From NCBI GenBank assembly GCA_050287085.1, contig JBNKBE010000012.1, positions 125,773 through 189,772 on the forward strand: a stretch of 64,000 nt of DNA. The letters run 5' to 3'. This DNA comes from Polyangiaceae bacterium (GTDB lineage Bacteria > Myxococcota_A > Polyangia > Polyangiales > Polyangiaceae). The notes beneath the pieces are model-generated. The model saw only the letters and a program-made list of their open reading frames with translations. It was not told the DNA's origin and searched no databases. Positions 27,931-37,268 of this stretch are shown piece by piece; within the stretch, counting starts at the first letter, position 1; each line of letters begins with the position of its first letter. A program made the position numbers and the translations under genes.

Positions 27931-29571
27931 ATGGTTTCTATTGTCCACGCCGCTCGGGATATTGGACGCCTTCGCGATATCTCCCGAGTGCTGGCGCGCC
28001 ACGGCTTCGGCGAGATTGCGCAGCGTCTCGGCCTGGTGCGCCGTGGCGGACAGACCAGCGCCGCTCCTCCTTCGGTGTCCGCAAGCCGCGCAGAACGCAT
28101 CCGACACGTCCTAGAAGACCTAGGACCGTCGTTTGTAAAGCTCGGGCAGATCGCATCAACGCGAGCGGACCTATTGCCCCCCGACGTCATCACGGAGCTT
28201 CGACGCCTGCAAGACGGCGTACCAGCCGTGCCCTTTACCGCCATTCGTGAACGCGTGGAACTCTCCCTTGGCGCGCCATTGGAAGAGCTATTCGAAAGCT
28301 GGGACGAGACGCCGCTAGCTGCCGCTAGCATAGCGCAGGTGCATCGCGCGGTGCTCCGCACCGGAACTGGAGCGAAGGAAGTCGTTCTGAAGGTGCAGCG
28401 CCCCGGGATCGCAGAAACCATCTCCAGCGATCTCGACATTCTGCACAATCTGGCCGCACTCCTCGAACGCACCGTCGCCGAAACACGCATCTACTCGCCC
28501 ACGGGTCTTGTCCAACAATTTGACCGTGCCGTCACCAACGAGCTGGACTTCACGACTGAAGCTGAAAACGCACGACGATTCGCTCGCAACTTTGAGCACG
28601 TACCCGGGGTACGCTTTCCAAACGTCTATCGAGAACGTTCGTCCAAGCACGTCATCTGCCTCGAATATCTCGACGGCCAGAAGATCGACGAAGCGGTCAG
28701 AAACGGCCACTCCGGCCCCGTGCTGGCGCGCCGAGCGGTTGAGATTATCGTTAAGCAAATCTTCGAAGACGGCTTCTTTCACGCCGATCCTCATCCCGGC
28801 AACGTATTGATTCTAGGACCGCCGCAGAACGCTGTGTACGCCCTGATCGACCTGGGCATGGTCGGTCGACTGAGTCCGCGTATGCGAGACCTCACCATCG
28901 ACATGATGGTCGCGGCTTTTCGCAGCGACTACGACGCCATTGCCGATGCCCTCTACGCCATCGCCTCACCTACCGAGAAAATCGACTTGAGGGCATTTCG
29001 GTCCGAAGTTGCGCTCCTGGCAGATCGCTACCTGGGTAAGCGACTAAAAGAACTGGAGCTAAGCTCTCTGGTCCGTGATCTGGTGGGCGCTGCGAATCGC
29101 TACGGGCTGGAAGTGCCCTCGGATTTCCTGCTCGTAGGAAAGACCCTGATGACGGTCGAAGGGATCGGCAAGGAAATCGCTCCTGAACTCGACATCATGG
29201 AGGAAACCCGTCCGTTCTTCCTCGACCTGGTTCGTCGACGCTATTCGCCCGAGCGGCTCGGACTAGACATGTTGCGGCAGCTCGATCGGCTGACGTCGAT
29301 GAGCAAGAGCGTCCCCGAGCAGCTACAAGAGGTGCTGGAGGACGTCCGCACCGGACGGCTCACGATACGCGCCTCTCAACCGGATTTGGTTGGAGCGGCC
29401 GCACTGCTGGCGCGAAAGCTGTTTACCGGACTGATCTTTCTAGCGCTGGCTCTAGCTGCAGCGCTTCTCGCCGGCTCTGGCAAAGAACGAGCGGCTTGGT
29501 TCGTGGGCTCTGGGGCGCTTCTCTGGCTAAGTGTTCACCTACTCCGAGACGCCACTCGAAGACGTCCGTGA
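27931..29571 (+). CDS. AarF/ABC1/UbiB family atypical kinase
   Basis: LGPSFVKLGQ..STR.DLLP, AAASIAQVH, KVQRP, FFHADPHPGN, IDLGM; two C-terminal TM helices. Confidence 0.92.
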   Translation: MVSIVHAARDIGRLRDISRVLARHGFGEIAQRLGLVRRGGQTSAAPPSVSASRAERIRHVLEDLGPSFVKLGQIASTRADLLPPDVITELRRLQDGVPAVPFTAIRERVELSLGAPLEELFESWDETPLAAASIAQVHRAVLRTGTGAKEVVLKVQRPGIAETISSDLDILHNLAALLERTVAETRIYSPTGLVQQFDRAVTNELDFTTEAENARRFARNFEHVPGVRFPNVYRERSSKHVICLEYLDGQKIDEAVRNGHSGPVLARRAVEIIVKQIFEDGFFHADPHPGNVLILGPPQNAVYALIDLGMVGRLSPRMRDLTIDMMVAAFRSDYDAIADALYAIASPTEKIDLRAFRSEVALLADRYLGKRLKELELSSLVRDLVGAANRYGLEVPSDFLLVGKTLMTVEGIGKEIAPELDIMEETRPFFLDLVRRRYSPERLGLDMLRQLDRLTSMSKSVPEQLQEVLEDVRTGRLTIRASQPDLVGAAALLARKLFTGLIFLALALAAALLAGSGKERAAWFVGSGALLWLSVHLLRDATRRRP

Positions 29572-29588
29572 CCACGTTTCGCAGCCTG

Positions 29589-29626
29589 AAAAAAGAACTG
29601 CGCGTCCCCAAAAAGGGCACGCGCAG
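29589..29626 (-). terminator. Intrinsic terminator downstream of atpE
   Basis: Stem ACTGCGCGT(G)CCC...GGGACGCGCAGT followed by TCTTTTTT on the minus strand. Confidence 0.75.
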
Positions 29627-29670
29627 TAGTTGCGGCAGTCAACGCTGCCACGAGGGAAGTGGAGCGGCGA

Positions 29671-30000
29671 TTAGCCGATCTTGCCCTGGAGCATGAACGC
29701 GATAACAAAGCCGAACAGCACCAACGATTCGATCAGCGCGAGTCCGAGAATCATCGGGGTTTGAATGCGCGATGCAGCCCCTGGGTTACGGCTAATGCCC
29801 TCAAGCGCAGCTGCCGCCGCACGGCCCTGACCGAGACCACCACCGAGAACGGCAAGACCGATTGCTACGCCAGCTGCGAGAGCGGCCATCGCCTGCGCAT
29901 CGAACTCGTTGGCCGCAGCGCCCGACTGCGCAAACGCCGACTGGGCAAAGAAGGTGGTTACGAGGCTCAGAGCTACGACAAGCTTGTTCTTCATGGCCAT
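29671..30000 (-). CDS. atpE: ATP synthase F0 subunit c with N-terminal extension
   Basis: GGGLGQG...ISRNP...[17 protein letters not shown] upstream; start at 30000 or 29994. Confidence 0.95.
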   Translation of the reverse strand: MAMKNKLVVALSLVTTFFAQSAFAQSGAAANEFDAQAMAALAAGVAIGLAVLGGGLGQGRAAAAALEGISRNPGAASRIQTPMILGLALIESLVLFGFVIAFMLQGKIG

Positions 30001-30157
30001 GATGATTGGTCTCCTTGATATTCTCTAAAAGCGCGGGTGCGTGTAGTTTGATTCAGAAAAGGGCGCTACCGCTTTTTGCCAGCGCCCAACGGGAAATACT
30101 TCAGGTGTTCAGTACCGCTCACCCATCAGATGAACGGCGAAGATTCGCAAGCGGACG

Positions 30158-30925
30158 TCAGTGCGCCTCATGCTCGGTGGCAAGGCCTATATAGACGCAC
30201 GTCAGAAGCGTAAAGACGAGCGTCTGAACCGCGATGACGATACAGCCGAGCAACATCACCGGTAGGGGCAACAGTAGGCTAGCCATCGACGTCACGATGC
30301 CGAGGATCAAGTGGTCCACGGACATATTCAACATGAGACGGACCGCCAAGGTCACCGGACGAACGCAAAGCGAAACTACCTCGATGGGGAATACCAGGGG
30401 CGCCAAGTACCACGCCGGCCCCATCAGATGCTTCACGTACCCCATGCCATTGCTGAGCAGGCCGTAGAGGTTGAAGAGAACAAATACAACGAGCGCGCAG
30501 CCGAGCGTGATGTTGAGGCTGCTGGTGGCGACAGGCATGCCTGGCAGCAGAGCCATCACGTTGGACGTGAAGACAAAGAGCGCAGACCCGCCAATGATGG
30601 GGAAGTACTTCTTGGCCCGTTCAGCGTCCATCACGCCCTTGGCCATATCGTAGAAGTAACCCACAAACGCTTCCACGCCGGTGCGCAAGGTCAGCTTGTC
30701 ATCGGGGACAACCGCCGAGTCCAAATCCGCGAGCTGAAACTTCACCGCACGCGCGACGAAGAGAATGAGCAGCATGACCAAGGCTGCCGCCAAAATCGGC
30801 TCGAAAGAGTGCCAAGTCGGCGTCTGGTGCGCGACAAAACTCTCGCCAATGGCGGCCGCATTCTCACTGAGTCTCTCTTCTGCCGTCCCCAAGAGCAGGG
30901 TCAGCCAACTACTGTGTTCAGGCAC
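30158..30925 (-). CDS. atpB: ATP synthase F0 subunit a
   Basis: SNVMALLPG, ATSSLN, EVVSLCVRPVTLAVRLMLNM, QTLVFTLLT. Confidence 0.95.
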   Translation of the reverse strand: MPEHSSWLTLLLGTAEERLSENAAAIGESFVAHQTPTWHSFEPILAAALVMLLILFVARAVKFQLADLDSAVVPDDKLTLRTGVEAFVGYFYDMAKGVMDAERAKKYFPIIGGSALFVFTSNVMALLPGMPVATSSLNITLGCALVVFVLFNLYGLLSNGMGYVKHLMGPAWYLAPLVFPIEVVSLCVRPVTLAVRLMLNMSVDHLILGIVTSMASLLLPLPVMLLGCIVIAVQTLVFTLLTCVYIGLATEHEAH

Positions 30926-31322
30926 GTCGCTTTTCCTTCGTCTCAGCCTGCCCCGAGCTCTGCGGAACGGGAGAAAGCTGAGCTAGCACAATCCCAATCG
31001 GCAGCGCCCCGAGCCCCACCATCAGCGGGAGGCCCTTGAGCAAGCCGGCGTCAAATAACAGGTACAGCGCAGCAAGCAACACACAAAGCTTCAGCACTGC
31101 GGCAACAAGCCACGCCGCAGCGGACCCGCCGCCCAAAAGCGCTCGTACCGTTCTGCTGAGAGTCCACAGGTTGAGCACCCCGACGGCGGCCCCAGCCAAG
31201 ACGCTCAGCGCGCCGGGAACCCCAAAGAGCGGCACCGACAACACGGCAAACAGACCACCGACAACCACAACAGTCACCAGTGCGCGTCGTTCCATAAGCC
31301 GTGCGATGTCAGCTTCGTTCAT
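30918..31322 (-). CDS. atpI: ATP synthase protein I-like membrane protein
   Basis: Four TM helices, position upstream of atpB, GGAGG before ATG 31322. Confidence 0.7.
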   Translation of the reverse strand: MNEADIARLMERRALVTVVVVGGLFAVLSVPLFGVPGALSVLAGAAVGVLNLWTLSRTVRALLGGGSAAAWLVAAVLKLCVLLAALYLLFDAGLLKGLPLMVGLGALPIGIVLAQLSPVPQSSGQAETKEKRRA

Positions 31323-31575
31323 CGTGATACCTCCGTCGCTCCGCGCGTTGTCGCGCCTCGTCAGCATCCGCCTCGCGGTTCGCCTGGCGCAGCGCGCGAT
31401 ACACAGCGCGAGCCCCATGGGCCAAACCCAGCGCAAATCCGGCTAGCAGAAACACATTCCGAGTAGCCAGGTGCTCGTCGACTCTGTACCCCACGTACGC
31501 CGGCAAGAGAACGCCCAGGGCGATTTCGAGCCCCAATGTCCCGTAGCTCCCCAGCCCTTTTAAGTTGCTCTGCAC
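31309..31575 (-). CDS. AtpZ/AtpI family protein
   Basis: GLEIA..V.....GY.VD..L.T pattern, two TM helices, first gene of the atp F0 unit. Confidence 0.75.
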   Translation of the reverse strand: MQSNLKGLGSYGTLGLEIALGVLLPAYVGYRVDEHLATRNVFLLAGFALGLAHGARAVYRALRQANREADADEARQRAERRRYHDERS

Positions 31576-31671
31576 GGTTCGACTCGCGCGCGACCTACCA
31601 CGCTGAAGGAACTACGGTCAACGCAGCCGGAAGGCTGCCCCTGTGCCGCGTTCCGAGGTAAAACACGAGCT

Positions 31672-32760
31672 ATGCGGCACGCGCGATTCCCCATCAATCG
31701 TCCACTCCTGCTTGCCTGGCTGTGCTGTTGCGGAGTCGCGAACGCCGCGCCCGTTACGCCTTCTCCCGTCAAAGCCGGCCCAGCCTTGGACGCCTCGGAA
31801 GGCAGTACCGCCGACGCGCCGCTGTCCGACCCGCCGCTGTCCGACGCGCCCCTGTCCGACGCGCCCCTGTCCGACGCGCCCCTGTCCGGCGCGCCCCCGC
31901 CCCAGGCGGTCCCTCCGGGCGCCCCTGAACCGCCGCCAGGACAGTTTCCAGCGGCAGAAGAAGTGCGGCAAGACGACGTCGAACCCGCAGACGATTCAAA
32001 CGCGAACGATGCGGACGCCCCCTACGAGCCACCGCTGCCGGACGGCATCGTATTGCCGCCGCTCCGTCCCGTGCCGAAAGGTCCTATCTCCCTTCCGGCC
32101 GCGGCGCTCCACCCACTCCGCATCGGCGCCCCACGCTTCTCGCTTTGGGGCGGCCTGCGCGCGGGCTGGCTCTTTCCGCAGGGCACCTTGTGGCTCAATG
32201 GCTGGGACGACGGACGCGTCTGCTGCTTCTACTCACCCGTCCATTTCACGGACGTGGCGCGCTCGTCCCCCAAGCTCCAGGCAGATCTGGGATTGCGTTT
32301 CGGTCGACGCTACAACGTTTTCGGGACTTTCGAGTTTTCCCCGACGCGCCCAACATCCGACGGTGCAACGCGCAATAGCCAGCAGAAGTGGGGGCAACTC
32401 GCATTCACCGGACTCGGCTTCAGATTCTCCACGGACCCAGACGGGCTCGGCATGTTGTTTGAGGTGGCGCTGGGGTATCGAACCTTCCGCACCGAATGGG
32501 AAGACGGCGCGGTATTCGAAGGAGACAAGAGTGGTATCGCCCTGCGCTTTGCCCTCGGCGCCGACATCCGACTTAGCCGTTGGCTATCGCTGACACCCCA
32601 GCTTTCGCTGGCGACGGGAAGCTTCAGTCGACTGCGCTTCACGGCCCCCGAAAGCGCTCGCCGCAGCGTGTTGACTTCGCTCGACGAGCTCGGTGCGCAC
32701 CACATCATCGGACTGGATCTGGGAGCGCATTTCGACATCTGGGATCTGAGCGCCTACTAG
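31672..32760 (+). CDS. Exported protein: Pro/Asp-rich N-terminus plus probable outer-membrane beta-barrel
   Basis: Signal peptide, DAPLS repeats and alternating aromatic/Gly beta strands ending GAHFDIW. Confidence 0.65.
   Translation: MRHARFPINRPLLLAWLCCCGVANAAPVTPSPVKAGPALDASEGSTADAPLSDPPLSDAPLSDAPLSDAPLSGAPPPQAVPPGAPEPPPGQFPAAEEVRQDDVEPADDSNANDADAPYEPPLPDGIVLPPLRPVPKGPISLPAAALHPLRIGAPRFSLWGGLRAGWLFPQGTLWLNGWDDGRVCCFYSPVHFTDVARSSPKLQADLGLRFGRRYNVFGTFEFSPTRPTSDGATRNSQQKWGQLAFTGLGFRFSTDPDGLGMLFEVALGYRTFRTEWEDGAVFEGDKSGIALRFALGADIRLSRWLSLTPQLSLATGSFSRLRFTAPESARRSVLTSLDELGAHHIIGLDLGAHFDIWDLSAY
31813..31896 (+). repeat. Coding 15-bp tandem repeat (GACGCGCCCCTGTCC; D(A/P)PLS x5 plus a partial)
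   Basis: Read directly. Confidence 0.95.
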
Positions 32761-32769
32761 GAGCCGAAG

Positions 32770-34560
32770 TCAATGCGCTCGGGTCTCGACGGAGGGCTCG
32801 GCTCGGACCTCGGGGGAAGGCTTGGCCCAAGCTGCGGTCACGCTGACGTTCACTCCCGTGGGCTGCTCGTCAGCGAACTCATGAGCCTGCGTCACAGGCG
32901 TTAGCAGCGCGTCGCGCCCTCGAGTGAACGATTGGTCGAGCACCACGCCCAGATAGGCGCGATCGAGTGCGAGTGCTCGCGTTGCCGACGGAATGAGCAG
33001 AGCTTCTACGTTGGTCTTCAGTTCAGCCAGCGCGGCGACGCTGAGCGTACCATCGGGCGCAAAGAACTTGCGACTGACCTCTTCGTTGCTCCGAAAGTCA
33101 TCGGCGGCCCCGTTTTGTTCCAAGTACAAGGCGTATTCGAAGTGACCATCCGCTCGTCTGGGCTCCGATACGCCCCTGAGCGAATCCTGAGTGGCGTGGA
33201 ACCATCCACCGCGACGTTCATCGACTTTGCGCGCAAAGGAGAAGCTACTGTCGTCCGTTACCCCAACCCCGCCGTGGCAGCCCACGCAGAAGGTCAGCTC
33301 CTCGTAGGTTTGAGGGCGCAGTCGCCCTTGTGGGTTCTCGATGAAGGCTTGGTAGGTCCAGCCTTGACCGTTGGTAACACCGCGTTCGAAGTTGCCTCGG
33401 ATCTGACGGACCCGATCTGGATCGGTAGCTTTCTCCTGAAGCTCGCGCATCGCTTTCTGCTGAAGCGCCGAGAAGTTGTAGTATCGGTGCTTCCGCGCGT
33501 AGCGCAGCTCTTTCATGCGCGATGCCATCCGCACCTCCTGCTTGGGGCCCACGTCCAGGTAGCGTACGCTATGCAAGAATTCGGTTCCTTGTGGGAACAG
33601 GCCGGCACTGGGCGCGGGAATTCTTGAATCGGCACCCGCCTGCCCCACGTAGCGCAGACGAGAACCCTTGCCTGGTTGCCAACTAAACACAACCCGCGAG
33701 GCTGACGATAGTTGGCCATCGTCGTCGAGATCGGTATCAACGCTGCGCTCGACCACCGTATCGATAGGCACGTCGCGGCGCTGAATCATCGCCTGCACGA
33801 TAGCGAGATTCACTCGGTATACGCTGAGGTCGAAACGGCCCTGGACATCTTGCTGGAACTCGGCAGGCAAGCGAATGAGGGCGTCCCCCATCGAACCGCC
33901 GTTGGTTGGAAGGAATGCTCCGGGAAAGGGATAAAACGAGTATGCACGCCAGCCCGTGTAGCTTCCATCCTCACGACGATCGAACCCGCTATCATCGAAT
34001 CGATAGGCCGCGTCCGGCACATAGCCGTCCCACTTGCCATTGTCGTCCTCATCCCAGGCAGCCGGAAGGTCCTGCAGCTCAGCCCGTAACGCGGGCTTCC
34101 CTGTCGGGTCAAAGTAGTTGCTCTCCCGCACGTACCTAAGCAACTCTTCATCGCTCACGTTTGCCGTACTCGGCGGGTTGAACAGATTGCGCCACGGATT
34201 CTTGCGCGCAGGCTCGGGCAGCTTGAGCTCCCGCTGCAGATCACCATCGTCGGCGTAGTTGGGCGCGCGGGAGTCCGTATGGCACACGTAACAAGGATTG
34301 TGGGCGCGCCCACCGCCCTCGCTGGTCTTCACGTAACACTGCGCGGGAAGATATGCAGTGCGAATCGGCGGCTGCAGCGGCGGCTCATCCCTTGCCCCAA
34401 GCTGCCCCAAGTCAGAGGAAGTGCCCACTCCCCAACTTTCATCGGGCTTGTCATCGGCTTGAACCTCGCTCCTTGAGGTTCTGGTGCAGGCAAGGCCCAA
34501 AGATAAGGCCCCCGCACAGGCACAGGATAGCCAAACAGAAAAGCTGACGCGAAGAATCAT
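32770..34560 (-). CDS. Putative di-heme c-type cytochrome lipoprotein
   Basis: Lipobox GLAC, two CxxCH motifs (CYVCH, CVGCH). Lies downstream of phoX on the same strand. Confidence 0.75.
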   Translation of the reverse strand: MILRVSFSVWLSCACAGALSLGLACTRTSRSEVQADDKPDESWGVGTSSDLGQLGARDEPPLQPPIRTAYLPAQCYVKTSEGGGRAHNPCYVCHTDSRAPNYADDGDLQRELKLPEPARKNPWRNLFNPPSTANVSDEELLRYVRESNYFDPTGKPALRAELQDLPAAWDEDDNGKWDGYVPDAAYRFDDSGFDRREDGSYTGWRAYSFYPFPGAFLPTNGGSMGDALIRLPAEFQQDVQGRFDLSVYRVNLAIVQAMIQRRDVPIDTVVERSVDTDLDDDGQLSSASRVVFSWQPGKGSRLRYVGQAGADSRIPAPSAGLFPQGTEFLHSVRYLDVGPKQEVRMASRMKELRYARKHRYYNFSALQQKAMRELQEKATDPDRVRQIRGNFERGVTNGQGWTYQAFIENPQGRLRPQTYEELTFCVGCHGGVGVTDDSSFSFARKVDERRGGWFHATQDSLRGVSEPRRADGHFEYALYLEQNGAADDFRSNEEVSRKFFAPDGTLSVAALAELKTNVEALLIPSATRALALDRAYLGVVLDQSFTRGRDALLTPVTQAHEFADEQPTGVNVSVTAAWAKPSPEVRAEPSVETRAH

Positions 34561-34725
34561 CGAAGAACCCACAAGAAAAAAGACCTGGCTACGTCGCCTG
34601 CGCGTTCGCAATGCGGCTGCCCATCAGGCGCGTGGGCTCCGTGAAGAAGCCCACGCGTGATTCATTGCGGACGACGCGCGGGGTCGCCCTGAGCTTCTCG
34701 CACCGCTCACGCGGCGCGACGAGCG

Positions 34726-36831
34726 CTACCGGAGTGCCGGAAACGGCCCAATATATCCGTCGTAGGCGCGGGTGTCTTCCGGAGAAGACGCCTTGTCCTC
34801 ATCGCTCTCACCATAGGGATGCTGCACGACAGCCTTGAGATAGCCAAAGCCGTTGATATCGCCGTACCAGTAGGGCGACGTCGTCTCTGAACCGTAGGGA
34901 GTTGTCAGGATGCGCGTCAAGGCACCCGTCGTCAGGTTGTACGACCACACAGCGTCGTTCTGGTGACCGTCCGTGTCCTCACCAATGATCAAGGTATCGT
35001 AGCCATTGACCATCGTCAGATTGTCCGGAGAAGAAATCCCATTGACGCTGCACGAATTGCCCGCGTACGGGCTCGAATCCGCATAGGTGATCGGCGCTCC
35101 CATGAGCAGCGTATTCCAAGATCGAGCCACGTAGTCGCTACCGATGTTTGGGTCGTTGCCTACGGGCAAGCTGTACACCGCACCGCAGGGGTTGTATTCA
35201 ACGCGAACGTCGTTGCGCTCGGCCAGGTCGTAGTTGGTGTTGTCTGAACCTTTGCGCTTGAAGTCTTCCATGCCACTGGACACTTCGCTGATCGCGATGA
35301 AGAGCTGATTGGTGGCCGGATCAAAGGTGATTCCTTCTTCCTTGCGCAGCTCGCTGGTACCTCCCATGTACGCCACGTAGCGACGCGTCTCAAGTCTAGA
35401 AGCTGCAAGTTGCATCCCGGTCTTGACGCGGAGGCACTCTGGCCCCGCTTCGGTGTTCACCAATACGAAGCCGGCGGTCGGACAGGCGCCAGCCACGACG
35501 TCTTCGGTCTCGAAGATGTCGCTGAACGTTGCATCGGCATCGATCAGCGCTTTGACCTCGGCGGAAGTTGCATGCCCCAGGTCGATCCACTCAATGTCAG
35601 CGTAGCCAGCATCGTCAGCGCTCGTCTGAAGCCACTTCATTCCGTAGAGTGAACCGGCATCGAGCTCGCCTGCAACGTCGGCCACAAACATCGTCAGCAC
35701 GACGTTGGTACCGTCGTCACTGATGTAGACCGTCTTGGAATCTGGCATGACGTACGCTAGCTCCAATGCCGTGCGGCCCATCGCGTAGTGCTTGGCGACA
35801 TCGTACGTCCCGTCCTCATGAACGCTTACCTCTGTCGGATATCCGTAGAAGTAGGGACTGTAGACAGCACGAGCTTGTTCGATTGTGGTCGTGAGCGCCC
35901 CCCCTGCGTCCGTCGAGTAGACGTCCAGACCGAAGTAGCGAAGTTGTGCGCTTTGATAGCTCCCAAGGTCCTCTAGGCTGGTTGCCGCTTCGAAAGCGCG
36001 TGCGTCCGACGGATACTCCTCGCTGCCAAGGTGGGTATTCCACGGAGTAACGTTGCCCGCACACGGGGTCCACAGACCGTTGACCGACGAGAAGTCGATC
36101 GGTTGAGTCCCGATCATCGTCAGCGCGCCGGTTGCCGGATCCTGCTCGAGTTCGCTCAAGAACATGCCACCCGGGCGACTTTCCAGATGTGTGACTTGGT
36201 ATAGCTTGTCTCCAACGGGAAGCAGTGACGAGAAGTCGAAGGACACAGCCACTTCTGGGTTACCATCTTCAGCAAGAACGGGATCCATGTCCTGGTCGAC
36301 AAGCGTTCCGAACGGAACGGCTGCGCCACCGGGGGTGTCTCCGCCGCGGGCCAAGGTGACAAACTCGATCGGATATTGCACTCCGTCAATGCGAGCCCAA
36401 CTCGAGGAGACGGCCTGGCGCTTCTGAGCGTCGGTCTCCGGGAAGGCAAGCGACTCGAACATTAGGCTGCGGGTGGTCCCGGGGACACCCGGCTCGCCCT
36501 TGTCGCCCATCTCGCCGGCAGGTCCCATGGCGCCTGCGTCACCCGTCGGCCCCGGAGCGCCCTGAACTCCGGGCTCCCCATCCTTACCCTTGTCACCGTC
36601 GGCGCCCCTGTCACCGTCGGCGCCCTTGTCACCGTCAGCGCCCTTGTCACCGTCGGGACCCTTGTCACCGTCGGCGCCCTTGTCACCCCGATCGCCGTTG
36701 GGGCCTTTCTTGCCGACGCCAGCGTCGACCGAATCTGAGGAATCACTATTCGAATCGCCACAGGCGGTGAGAGCGCCCAGGCTGATGATGCTGGTAAGAA
36801 CTAGACTACGAAATATGTATGAGCCTCGCAT
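34726..36831 (-). CDS. phoX: PhoX-family (DUF839) alkaline phosphatase, lipoprotein with collagen-like stalk
   Basis: PCAGNVTPWNTHLGSEE, MGRTALE, SPDNL, IGED and QHP motifs; lipobox LTAC; (G-X-Y)n region; AAGGAGG RBS. Confidence 0.85.
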   Translation of the reverse strand: MRGSYIFRSLVLTSIISLGALTACGDSNSDSSDSVDAGVGKKGPNGDRGDKGADGDKGPDGDKGADGDKGADGDRGADGDKGKDGEPGVQGAPGPTGDAGAMGPAGEMGDKGEPGVPGTTRSLMFESLAFPETDAQKRQAVSSSWARIDGVQYPIEFVTLARGGDTPGGAAVPFGTLVDQDMDPVLAEDGNPEVAVSFDFSSLLPVGDKLYQVTHLESRPGGMFLSELEQDPATGALTMIGTQPIDFSSVNGLWTPCAGNVTPWNTHLGSEEYPSDARAFEAATSLEDLGSYQSAQLRYFGLDVYSTDAGGALTTTIEQARAVYSPYFYGYPTEVSVHEDGTYDVAKHYAMGRTALELAYVMPDSKTVYISDDGTNVVLTMFVADVAGELDAGSLYGMKWLQTSADDAGYADIEWIDLGHATSAEVKALIDADATFSDIFETEDVVAGACPTAGFVLVNTEAGPECLRVKTGMQLAASRLETRRYVAYMGGTSELRKEEGITFDPATNQLFIAISEVSSGMEDFKRKGSDNTNYDLAERNDVRVEYNPCGAVYSLPVGNDPNIGSDYVARSWNTLLMGAPITYADSSPYAGNSCSVNGISSPDNLTMVNGYDTLIIGEDTDGHQNDAVWSYNLTTGALTRILTTPYGSETTSPYWYGDINGFGYLKAVVQHPYGESDEDKASSPEDTRAYDGYIGPFPALR
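36587..36688 (-). repeat. Coding 18-bp tandem repeat (GDKGAD collagen-like hexapeptide, about 5.5 copies)
   Basis: CCTTGTCACCGTCGGCGC units read directly on the + strand. Confidence 0.95.
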
Positions 36832-36912
36832 GAGGCCTCCTTCCAAGTGGTGGGTTACGCCGCCGGGGGGTCACGCCCACGGCCGAGGTGGACGGGACCC
36901 TAGGGGACGTGC

Positions 36913-36960
36913 GCGACGTTGCTGCGACGGCTCCTTTACGAGTGTTTGACAATCTATGAC
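36913..36960 (-). promoter_or_regulatory. Pho-box-like phased direct repeats upstream of phoX
   Basis: Minus strand GTCAT, GTCAA, GTAAA, GTCGC, GTCGC at 10/11/11/11-bp spacing. Confidence 0.45.
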
Positions 36961-37023
36961 TCAAACGCACTACTTCTCGGTAATGAGCCGCTGCGCGACG
37001 AAGAGGCAGGCACCCAGCCAAAA

Positions 37024-37184
37024 ATCCCGGTCCCGACTGAACCGCTGCCCTCGCTGCCCGCACGCAATCATCAGCAAGGCGGTGCCGCAACCGGCGCCCC
37101 AAGACCGAACCCCCTCCCACCGGCACCTGCCGAACCCCAAAGCTCGGGGAGCAAGCAAGCTTGCTCCCCGCGCCTCCGCTCAAG
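37024..37184 (+). repeat. Dispersed ~160-bp structured non-coding element, copy 2
   Basis: Matches the reverse complement of 14790-14945; perfect inverted repeat CGGGGAGCAAGC-AA-GCTTGCTCCCCG. Confidence 0.9.
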
Positions 37185-37268
37185 ACTGGTCGTGCGCCCC
37201 GCCACCCTTGCTGGTCCGAATCCAGTCTGGCATAGGTATTGGTTTGCGCAGATGAGGTGAGCTCGGCA

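Noticed and set aside
37228..37242. Sigma-54 promoter TGGCATAGGTATTGG
   Set aside because: The spacing fits but the -12 element is TTGG rather than TTGC; too weak to call. A similar partial match at 12132 is too close to the ATG.
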